Both the position numbers and the translations under genes were made by a program. DNA of 64,000 nt, taken from the NCBI GenBank assembly GCA_028717685.1, contig JAQUNI010000001.1, positions 54,306 to 118,305 of the forward strand, in the 5' to 3' direction. The first letter of the stretch is position 1; the number at the start of each line of letters is the position of its first letter. Source of the stretch: Patescibacteria group bacterium. Its GTDB lineage: Bacteria > Patescibacteriota > JAQUNI01. Under the pieces are notes generated by a model. It did no database searches, was not told where the DNA came from, and worked only from the letters and a program-made list of their open reading frames with translations. Below, in pieces: positions 19,934 through 27,897 of the stretch.

Positions 19934-20090
19934 ATTTCTAATTTTCAATTTCTAATTTCTATTAAATTTTTAATTTTAAAATTTTCAAACACCATTAGAA
20001 ATGAAAAATTTCTAGACGGGATAAACCTTTTAAAAATTAATTCATTAGAAATTTAATAAAAATTGAAAATTAGAAATTGAAAATTACTTA
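19934..20090. repeat. AT-rich MITE-like element, copy B
   Basis: Left TIR 19940..19958 and right TIR 20067..20085 are perfect reverse complements; internal sequence near-identical to copy A; right end overlaps the stop codon of the convergent gene. Confidence 0.55.
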
Positions 20091-21136
20091 TAATACACCA
20101 ATCCCTGCACCCTTAAATCAATATAGTATTTAATTTCTTTATTATTTTTCCCAATATCCTCTTTGAAAACTAAGGTTAAAGCTTCAAGTTGGTTTTGCAA
20201 GCTCTGTCTAGTGTCAAAAAATATTTGATAACCTTTGTCCGTTTTTATATACAAGTCGCGGGAATCAGAAATCGGCACAATGAATTCTTGGATTTTCAAA
20301 TCCGTCTTTAGAGATAACAAATCCCGCACTTGAAAAAGGAAACTTAAAAAAGAGGGGTCTAAAATCTGCTCGCGCGGTTCTACTTTTTTAAAAGACTGAT
20401 CATAAAGAACGGGTAATCCCTTTTCCCATACCGTTTCCTCGGGAATTTCCTCGCCGATTATTCCTTCCGCATCTAAAAAGTGATAAAGAATAGTGGGATT
20501 TTCGGGATAGGAGGTTGGAGTCAAGATGGCTTGTGACTCTTTATCTTTAACTTCCCCGATTTCCTCCCTACTCGTAGAATCACTGGCAAAAGCTTCAGGG
20601 GGTAAAAATAAATCCTGCGGCGCGCCATTTGCCCAAATCGCTTTCGGCTCCCTCTCGGTAATGATAATTTTTAAAACATCGGGGAATTCTTTTTTAATGT
20701 CTATTTTCTCAATCTGGGCAAAATGGGCATAGATTACGCTGCTTAAATGCTTTTTACCCGCAATAATCAAATTTTCTTTGGGAAAAATAAAGGCGCGTCC
20801 CTTTAAATTCTCGCGCGCCAAATTTTCCACATCTTCACCCTTGACATTAACATTGCCTACCACTACAATCTCCTTGATTTGCCAGAACGGAAAAAAGAAT
20901 AAAAAATAAACAAGCGAACCTAACGCAAGCAAAAAAAGGAAAAAGGCAATTTTCCGCTGCAAATGTCCCGAAGCCTCGCGGACGCGAAAACGAGGAGTCG
21001 CGAGATAAATCCTCGGGCTCGCTAAGGTCCGCTTTTTCCTAAAAAACCCGCGTTTCCACTCCACTTTCCTTTTGCGGGATTTTTGTTTATACGGGTTTAA
21101 GTATAATTTTTTGCGGCTGGGTTTATGAGAAAACAC
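20084..21136 (-). CDS. FtsQ/DivIB-like cell division protein (POTRA domain)
   Basis: 350 aa; basic N-terminus, one TM helix, then POTRA-like IKEIVVVGNVNVKGEDVENL. The ORF starts with GTG; the true start may be further in. Confidence 0.5.
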   Translation of the reverse strand: MFSHKPSRKKLYLNPYKQKSRKRKVEWKRGFFRKKRTLASPRIYLATPRFRVREASGHLQRKIAFFLFLLALGSLVYFLFFFPFWQIKEIVVVGNVNVKGEDVENLARENLKGRAFIFPKENLIIAGKKHLSSVIYAHFAQIEKIDIKKEFPDVLKIIITEREPKAIWANGAPQDLFLPPEAFASDSTSREEIGEVKDKESQAILTPTSYPENPTILYHFLDAEGIIGEEIPEETVWEKGLPVLYDQSFKKVEPREQILDPSFLSFLFQVRDLLSLKTDLKIQEFIVPISDSRDLYIKTDKGYQIFFDTRQSLQNQLEALTLVFKEDIGKNNKEIKYYIDLRVQGLVYYK

Positions 21137-21166
21137 TTGACAAAATACTAATGTTTATTATATAAT
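21137..21166 (+). promoter_or_regulatory. sigma-70-type promoter (TTGACA-18 nt-TATAAT)
   Basis: Perfect -35 TTGACA (21137..21142) and -10 TATAAT (21161..21166), about 90 bp upstream of the 21257 gene, which has an AAGGAGA ribosome-binding site. Confidence 0.5.
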
Positions 21167-21256
21167 ATTAACTCGCTCTTTGATGGTACATTCTATATCT
21201 ATATTTAGTTGTGCTTTGAATAGTTACAAAAAATTCTAATAATAAGGAGAGATGTT

Positions 21257-21751
21257 ATGTCTTTTAATAGCGATATATATGATAGTTTTAGGGATATAAC
21301 AACACCATATCAAGAGAAAAAAGTCGTAGCAGAAAAATTAGAAGGGATTATGCAAGAAATAGGAGAAATCTCTGCTAATTTGGTGCAACTCAACTCTGTG
21401 GAATTGTTAAAAGAGATTCTTTCCTTCCTTAAGCAAGATAGGCGAGGAGAAGCAGAGGAAGCCATTGGAAAAGCATGGCCAACTCTGGAACGTGAGTATT
21501 ATAGTCTCGCGGAAGGATCCTCTTCCATCCCTCCTGAAAAGAAAAAAAAATTCTGGAAAATAGCCTCTTTAATAGAAGAGGCTGAGGACGATTTTATAGC
21601 CCAAGGATTAGATACTAACGTGTCTTTTTCTTTGGGCGGGGATAGCCATATAAGAACCATTAAACAGGACATGTGGCTCCCTCCAGACAAAAGAACCTAT
21701 ACGGTTCTTTTGCAAGAATTAATGCAAGCTGTATCTCTTCCGCAACCCTAA
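21257..21751 (+). CDS. hypothetical protein (first gene of the small plus-strand island)
   Basis: 164 aa, strong SD, no recognisable domain. Confidence 0.5.
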   Translation: MSFNSDIYDSFRDITTPYQEKKVVAEKLEGIMQEIGEISANLVQLNSVELLKEILSFLKQDRRGEAEEAIGKAWPTLEREYYSLAEGSSSIPPEKKKKFWKIASLIEEAEDDFIAQGLDTNVSFSLGGDSHIRTIKQDMWLPPDKRTYTVLLQELMQAVSLPQP

Positions 21752-21904
21752 AAGTTGCGGATTTTTTTATAAGAATTGAAATATGATTTTTCACGATGCG
21801 ATTTCCCAAACACTTGCTCTGTGATTAATCTTCTGCTTTAATATAAACAGGTTTGTTCCTAAATGCACCCTTAATGCACCTTGAATATCTTCAGGAGGTG
21901 AAAA

Positions 21905-22165
21905 ATGGCGGAAGGTTTAAATATAAAACTAAGCCCTGTCCAAAGCTTAACAGCAAGAATAATCGCTGGAAAAGAAAATATGACAGGAGAAGAAATAATA
22001 ACTGTCGCCCTAAACCTATATGAAACCGTACAGGGTGAGCTAGACTCATCACCTGACCGAGTAACCTTAGCGTTGGTGAAAAACGATGGAGAAATTTACA
22101 AGGAAATAATTCTCCCTAACCATATTCCTATACTACCCGCCCACACCGATATAATTTCAATATAA
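21905..22165 (+). CDS. small ribbon-helix-helix-like protein (paralog 1)
   Basis: 86 aa with AGGAGGTG ribosome-binding site; N-terminal strand-helix-helix pattern; alignable to the next ORF (L-I-S...ALxxL...EL-S...LALV...KEIxLP). Confidence 0.45.
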   Translation: MAEGLNIKLSPVQSLTARIIAGKENMTGEEIITVALNLYETVQGELDSSPDRVTLALVKNDGEIYKEIILPNHIPILPAHTDIISI

Positions 22166-22193
22166 AAACCATCATCTTAAGGGAGGTTTAACA

Positions 22194-22469
22194 ATGTCAG
22201 AGTTGAGTATCACATTTAGTAAGAACTGGAGTGCCGAGATAACAAGAATGGCTGAAAAAAGGGGAATAGAACCAAAAAACTTGATTTTAGACGCGCTGAC
22301 TGTATTATCAGCCTTAGAAGAAGAACTAGCTTCTGGAGAGGGAAAACAAGGTTTAGCTTTAGTAAGCCCCCGTTTCCGAATCAGAAAAGAAATAGTGCTT
22401 CCCCGTTATTCCTCTAAACTATTAACAAAGAATGCGCTCACAATAGAGCCCACACTCGCCGTAGACTAA
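22194..22469 (+). CDS. small ribbon-helix-helix-like protein (paralog 2)
   Basis: 91 aa with GGGAGG ribosome-binding site; ITFSKNWSAEITRMAEKRGIEPKNLILDAL resembles a CopG/Arc-type RHH. Confidence 0.45.
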   Translation: MSELSITFSKNWSAEITRMAEKRGIEPKNLILDALTVLSALEEELASGEGKQGLALVSPRFRIRKEIVLPRYSSKLLTKNALTIEPTLAVD

Positions 22470-22499
22470 AAGCTACGGTTTTTTTATTCTACTAGACCC

Positions 22500-22640
22500 T
22501 TCTCCGCCTCCCGCTTCCCAAGGGGAGAGGAGTTATTATCCCCTCCTTTCCAAGGAGGGGCTAGGGGAGGTTCTGAGTCAGAACCCCACCCATCCTCCCC
22601 TTGGAAAGGGGAGGTGGGGGGAGAAAGGAAGGGGTCTTTC
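22500..22640. repeat. GC-rich imperfect palindrome / hairpin cluster (probable bidirectional terminator)
   Basis: Hairpins cccctcc-tttccaa-ggagggg and cctcccc-ttggaaa-ggggagg arranged around the perfect palindrome ggttctgagtcagaacc, between the island and the convergent serS. Confidence 0.5.
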
Positions 22641-23926
22641 TACCTCTTAATCTCTTTGAACCCACAATACTTCTGCAAAATCTTGGGCACTTCAATGGAA
22701 CCGTCTTTGCGCTGGTAATTTTCCATAATCGCAATTAAAACCCTACCAATCGCAATAGCAGTAGAGTTGATAGTATGGACAAATTTTTTATTCCCTTTCT
22801 CGTCTTTATATTTGATATTCAGACGGCGCGCTTGGAAATCCGTGTCGTGACTCGCCGAAACTACCTCGCGATAACAACTCTCTGACGGCAGCCAAGCTTC
22901 TAAGTCAATTTTTTTAGCATTAGGCGCGCCCAGATCGCCGGTTGCGATATTCACGGCTTGATAATGAATTCCCAAGCCCTGCCAAATTTCTTCCACGATT
23001 TTAACAATCATTTCGTAAACTTGCCACGAATCTTCTTGCGTAGCGAACGCGAACATTTCCAGTTTATCAAATTGATGCCCCCGCAAAATTCCTTTTAAAT
23101 CCTTACCATAAGCGCCAGCCTCCCGCCGAAAGCAAGACGAAAAACCCATATAAAGTTTTGGTTTCCCGGGGGCTAGCCCCAAAATCTCGTCCATATGGTA
23201 CGCTGCAAGCACAACCTCGGCAGTGCCAATTAAATATAATTTTTCTTTTTCATCACCCGTGAGCTCATAAATCTCATTTTTATCCGCGGGGAAGAAGCCT
23301 GTGCCATACATCGCGGCTTCGCGCACGAGCATAGGCGGCAGGATCGGAGTAAAACCTTTTTTAATTAAAATATCTAAGACATATTGTATAAGAGCAAATT
23401 CCAGGCTCACAAGCTCGTTTTTTAGATACCAAAAACGGGCGCCTGAAACCTGCGCGCCTTTTTTAATATCTATTAAATCCAAAGCCTCTCCCAATTCATA
23501 ATGGGATTTGGGTTTAAAATCAAATTTTGATGGCTCTCCCCATTGATGATCCACCGCGTTGCCAGAAGCATCCGACGCCACTGACACAGAATGATCCGAA
23601 AGATTGGGAAATTGATCTAATAAAATTTTGATCTCCGCTTCTTTCTTCTCCAATTCCTCCCTTAAAACCTGCAATTGCTCCTTGTTCTTTTTCATTCCCA
23701 TAATCATCTTGGCTTTTTCCTCCTCGCCCTGCGTCTGCACAACCTTTGCTGAAAATTCGTTCTTGACTTGTTCCAACTCATTTTTCTTTTGAATTAATGC
23801 CCGCCGTTTTTTATCCCAATCTAAAAATTCATCCACTTTTCCTGATGGCATTGCCTTTAAATGGCGATTTTTTAATTCTTGGCGCCAGAGGTCTGGCTGT
23901 TCGCGCAATAATTTTATGTCAATCAT
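22640..23926 (-). CDS. serS: serine--tRNA ligase
   Basis: 428 aa, N-terminal coiled-coil arm and class II catalytic core. Confidence 0.92.
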   Translation of the reverse strand: MIDIKLLREQPDLWRQELKNRHLKAMPSGKVDEFLDWDKKRRALIQKKNELEQVKNEFSAKVVQTQGEEEKAKMIMGMKKNKEQLQVLREELEKKEAEIKILLDQFPNLSDHSVSVASDASGNAVDHQWGEPSKFDFKPKSHYELGEALDLIDIKKGAQVSGARFWYLKNELVSLEFALIQYVLDILIKKGFTPILPPMLVREAAMYGTGFFPADKNEIYELTGDEKEKLYLIGTAEVVLAAYHMDEILGLAPGKPKLYMGFSSCFRREAGAYGKDLKGILRGHQFDKLEMFAFATQEDSWQVYEMIVKIVEEIWQGLGIHYQAVNIATGDLGAPNAKKIDLEAWLPSESCYREVVSASHDTDFQARRLNIKYKDEKGNKKFVHTINSTAIAIGRVLIAIMENYQRKDGSIEVPKILQKYCGFKEIKR

Positions 23927-23950
23927 AATTTTATCTTTATAACGTGAATA

Positions 23951-26068
23951 TTAAAGTCCTAAATTTTGAGATATATCTTGCATCGCCCGGAGGCCGATTT
24001 TCACAAACTCTTCTAAAGATAAACCAAAGGATTCACAAGAAGTAATTACTTCTCGCCGCGCGCCTTGGGCGAAGGATTTTTCTTTAAATCTCTTTAAGAT
24101 AGACTGCATTGATAAATCAGATAATTTTTTTGATGGCAAAACCAAGGTGGCAGCCACAATCAAACCAGTCAAAGGATCCACAGCGTAAATCGCTTTTTCC
24201 ATCAAGGTTTTGCGAGGCGCGCCGCATTGATCATTATGCGCCTTAATGCCAACCAAAATTACGGGATGCACTCCTTCCTGCTCTAAAATCCCTACGGTGG
24301 TCGGACCGTGTTTTTCCGGCGCTTCGCGATAATCAAACATTTCCATATCTAAGTCGTGCAGAAGACCAGTAAGCCCCCAGACTTCCTTATTCTTTTGAAA
24401 ATGCTTGGCAAGAGCAGCCATTATCGCTTCCGTTGCCAACATATGTTTGCGCGAATTTTCATTCTTCACATATTGGCAAACCAAATCCCAAGCTTTGGCG
24501 CGCGTAATCCCTAGGTTCTCTGCCTCTTCGTTTTGAGCGGGCGCTTTTGTCGCTGGACAGACCTTTTGCGTATTTAATGGTTTCATTAAAGGAAAAAATA
24601 CTGCCTCACGGATGCTCGGAGCGTTGGTTAAAAACATTACCAGACGATCAATACCCATGCCCCAACCCGCGATCGGCGGCATTCCGTATTCCATTGCCCG
24701 CACATAATCTTCATCCATCATATGCGCCTCCGCGTCTCCCGCTTCCCGCATTTCAACCTGTTCTTCAAAACGCCTACGCTGCTCCAGAGGGTCAACTAAC
24801 TCAGAATAAGCATTGACTAATTCCTGCCCTAAAACCACTAACTGAAAACGATCCACAATCTTTGGATTCTGGTCATTCCTGCGCGCCAAGGGCGATAATT
24901 CAATGGGATGACCAGTTAGAAAAAGGGGACCTTTAATTTTCGGCCGCGAAACCTTTTTGTATAATTGATCTACTAAACCCCCAAAGCCTAATTTGCCAAA
25001 GCCTTCAATTTCAATTTTTTTCTTCCGCATTTCCTTTCTAAGTTTCTCCGCGGTATCAGCCTTGTTAATATCAATACCGCAATCTTCCAAAATCAAGCTT
25101 CCAAAATTTTTTCTCTGCCAAGGAGGAGTAAAATCTATTTTCTGACCTTGATAGTCAATCTGCAAGCTCCCAAAAACGCGGTTTAAGAGATAAACCAACA
25201 TTTCTTCAGTTTGCGCCATTAAAAATTCATAATTTTTGTAAGCCCAATAAAATTCCAGCATCGTAAAATCTTGAAGATGGGCGGTGTCCATTCCTTCATT
25301 GCGAAAAACCCGCGCCATCTCAAAAACCTTTTCCAAACCGCCTACAATTAAGCGCTTCAAATATGTTTCCGGCGCAATCCTTAAATACAAGGGAATTTGC
25401 AGGGCTTCGTGCTCTGTAATGAAAGGACGCGCGAGCGCGCCCGAAGCCTTGGTTTGAAGCACTGGCGTCTCCACCTCCAAAAAACCCCTCTCCGTCAGAA
25501 AATCACGCAGGGCATCGCAGATCTCCGCGCGCTTTTTGAAACGCTCACGCACTTCCGGATGAACAAGCAGATCCAAATAACGTTCCCGAAATCTAATCTC
25601 TTGATTAGAGAGACCTTTCCATTTTTCCGGCAAAGGACGGATGGATTTAGCGAGAATTTTATAATCGGAAACGAGGAGGGTTCTTTCCCCTTTCCGAGTG
25701 ACAAATACGGTTCCTTGGAGTTCAATAAAGTCGCCAATGTCAAAATTTTTAAAAAATTTGTATTTCTCCGGACCTGAAATGTCTTTTTTGAGATAAGCTT
25801 GGATTCTGCCGCTTTCATCATCAATATGGATGAAGGTAGAGCCGCCGTGTTCGCGAATGTTGCGTATGCGCCCCGCGACCACAATCTCGCCTTTTTCTTT
25901 TTCTATGGCTTCAAAATCATCCAATATTTTTTTGACTGTATGCGTCCGACGCGAAGAATCAGGGTAAGGATTGATTTCGGCTTTTAAAATTTTATTCAAT
26001 TTTTCTTTGCGATTTTGGATTAAATCTTTAAGCATATATTTTATTATACCTTGAGTTACGAAATTCAT
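23951..26068 (-). CDS. lysS: lysine--tRNA ligase (class II) fused to a C-terminal HD-domain phosphohydrolase
   Basis: 705 aa. Residues 1 to about 500 are a complete LysRS. The last ~200 aa carry HD-domain motifs: H (RKHMLATEA), HD (LLHDLD), H (KAHND), D (YAVDPL). Confidence 0.85.
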   Translation of the reverse strand: MNFVTQGIIKYMLKDLIQNRKEKLNKILKAEINPYPDSSRRTHTVKKILDDFEAIEKEKGEIVVAGRIRNIREHGGSTFIHIDDESGRIQAYLKKDISGPEKYKFFKNFDIGDFIELQGTVFVTRKGERTLLVSDYKILAKSIRPLPEKWKGLSNQEIRFRERYLDLLVHPEVRERFKKRAEICDALRDFLTERGFLEVETPVLQTKASGALARPFITEHEALQIPLYLRIAPETYLKRLIVGGLEKVFEMARVFRNEGMDTAHLQDFTMLEFYWAYKNYEFLMAQTEEMLVYLLNRVFGSLQIDYQGQKIDFTPPWQRKNFGSLILEDCGIDINKADTAEKLRKEMRKKKIEIEGFGKLGFGGLVDQLYKKVSRPKIKGPLFLTGHPIELSPLARRNDQNPKIVDRFQLVVLGQELVNAYSELVDPLEQRRRFEEQVEMREAGDAEAHMMDEDYVRAMEYGMPPIAGWGMGIDRLVMFLTNAPSIREAVFFPLMKPLNTQKVCPATKAPAQNEEAENLGITRAKAWDLVCQYVKNENSRKHMLATEAIMAALAKHFQKNKEVWGLTGLLHDLDMEMFDYREAPEKHGPTTVGILEQEGVHPVILVGIKAHNDQCGAPRKTLMEKAIYAVDPLTGLIVAATLVLPSKKLSDLSMQSILKRFKEKSFAQGARREVITSCESFGLSLEEFVKIGLRAMQDISQNLGL

Positions 26069-26134
26069 TTTGTTATTGTGGGAGATTTTTCCTCCTCTTG
26101 ACCTGCGGGAGACAGGGAGGGGTCTAATAAATGA

Positions 26135-26210
26135 CTATTCTCCCTCCCCCTCCGCCTCCCCCTCGGGCAGGGGGAGTGTAATCAAGCTCCTCGTTAATAG
26201 ATGACATATT
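26135..26210. repeat. GC-rich ~76 bp element, copy 2 of 2
   Basis: ctattctccctccccctcc-gcct-ccccctcgggcagggggagtgtaatcaagct..., near-identical to 5890..5965. Confidence 0.6.
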
Positions 26211-26258
26211 CCGCAATTCAAGGTCTTTAATATATTATACCAAAAACCGTAAATTTTA

Positions 26259-26293
26259 CCAAACAAAAACAGAGACGCAAAATTTCACGTCTC
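26259..26293 (-). terminator. intrinsic terminator after greA
   Basis: On the minus strand: agagacg-tgaaattttg-cgtctct followed by GTTTTTGTTT. Confidence 0.5.
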
Positions 26294-26322
26294 TACGCAT
26301 AAAATATTTATCATCCCTCTCC

Positions 26323-26814
26323 TTAAGATATTTCCAAAATTTTGTATTCTATCTTACCACCCGGGGTCTCCACCTCTACTGTATCTCCTTTTTTCTTACC
26401 AAGAAGCGCCTGACCAATCGGGCTTTCATTAGAAATCTTCCCCAATGGAGGGTCAGCCTCGTTGGAGCCGACAATAGTAAATTCCTTCTCGCTGGCATTA
26501 TTTTTCACCTTCACACTGTTTCCCACTGCCACAATATTATGCTGACCATTTTTATCAATAATAACCGCATTTTTAATCGTATTTTCAATCTCTATGATCT
26601 TTCCTTCATTAAAAGCCTGTTCATCCTTTGCGTCTTGGTATTCCGCGTTTTCAGAAAGATCGCCCAGTTCCTTGGCTACTTTAATCCGATTGGCAATTTC
26701 TCTTCTCTTGACTGTCTTGATAAACTCCAATTTTTCTTTTAATTTTTTAAGCCCTTCGGCAGTAATATATTTCTTTGTCATATTTTGTAAGTTTTTTAAA
26801 ATGCGCTTACGCAC
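26323..26814 (-). CDS. greA: transcription elongation factor GreA
   Basis: N-terminal coiled-coil plus C-terminal FKBP-like domain; acidic tip LGDLSENAEYQDAKDEQ. True start is probably the internal Met at 26781 (MTKKYITAEGL). Confidence 0.85.
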   Translation of the reverse strand: MRKRILKNLQNMTKKYITAEGLKKLKEKLEFIKTVKRREIANRIKVAKELGDLSENAEYQDAKDEQAFNEGKIIEIENTIKNAVIIDKNGQHNIVAVGNSVKVKNNASEKEFTIVGSNEADPPLGKISNESPIGQALLGKKKGDTVEVETPGGKIEYKILEIS

Positions 26815-26947
26815 TATATAAGCACATTTCTAGAGTTTTCTATTTAATTTAATATCACCATCATAATCCAAGGAAAAGGTGATGTCAAGAGGATAAATCA
26901 AATGCAAACTTTAAAAATCAAGATGCCTGCCTAAGCTGTTACTTAAG

Positions 26948-27766
26948 CTAACGGGGATTTTTAAACTTTGCATTATTTACCAGTTCCACCAGATTCATAA
27001 GGAGCATCATCACGGTCATTGGTCCGACGCCGCCCGGCACAGGCGCCAGAAAAGAAGCTTTTTTCTTCACGCTCGCCGCTTCCACATCCCCTTGGATTTT
27101 TCCCGCCCTCCAGCTCGTACCGGCATCAATTACGACGGCTCCTTTCTTGATCATCGTCCTGCGAATTAAATTGGGTTTACCCACACCCGAAATAATGATA
27201 TCAGCTTTTTTAACTTGAGCGGCTAGAGCTTTTGTATTTTGATCGTAAACCTTTACGCTTGCGCCTAGTTTTTGCATTAAACGCGCCGTTGGCTCGCCCA
27301 CTAATTTCCCCGCTCCCACTACCGCTACTTTCCGACCCTTCACTCCAATCTTATATTCCGCAAGAAGCGCGGCAATTCCTAAAGCCACAGGCGAGACGAC
27401 AGCGCGATTTTTAAAACCCTCTACGTCCATCTTCTTGGGTATACATTTCAAGACTTGATCTCTATCAATACCTTGAGGCAGGGGCAATTGTACCACTACG
27501 CCGTGAGGTTTTTTTTCTTTAATCGCTAAACGCAATATTTGGCAAATCTTTGGAGCGGGAGAAGAGGGAGGCAAAGTGACTAAGGAAAAGCTGACCCCCA
27601 AGGAATGGCAAATTTCCTTTTTCTTGCGCACAAAAATTCGGGAGGCTCGATCCTGTCCGACCATCAAAACTAAAAGGCGAGGCTTTATAGATAGGCCCTT
27701 TATCTCCTTCTGAAGATAATGAAAAAAATTTCGGGCTAGTTTTTTACCATCTAAAATCTGGAACAT
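26948..27766 (-). CDS. folD: bifunctional methylenetetrahydrofolate dehydrogenase/cyclohydrolase
   Basis: 272 aa, NAD(P) fold VVGAGKLVGEPTA and PVPGGVGPMTV motif. Confidence 0.9.
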   Translation of the reverse strand: MFQILDGKKLARNFFHYLQKEIKGLSIKPRLLVLMVGQDRASRIFVRKKKEICHSLGVSFSLVTLPPSSPAPKICQILRLAIKEKKPHGVVVQLPLPQGIDRDQVLKCIPKKMDVEGFKNRAVVSPVALGIAALLAEYKIGVKGRKVAVVGAGKLVGEPTARLMQKLGASVKVYDQNTKALAAQVKKADIIISGVGKPNLIRRTMIKKGAVVIDAGTSWRAGKIQGDVEAASVKKKASFLAPVPGGVGPMTVMMLLMNLVELVNNAKFKNPR

Positions 27767-27897
27767 AATATTGGTAATCAGTAATTAGTAATTAGTAATT
27801 GGTAATCGGGAGTCCTATAAATTACAAAATTTTTGAAAAGGAGTGAGCAAGAAAATTAGAGACAAATACTTAATTCCTGCTTCCTGATTTGTTCTTC

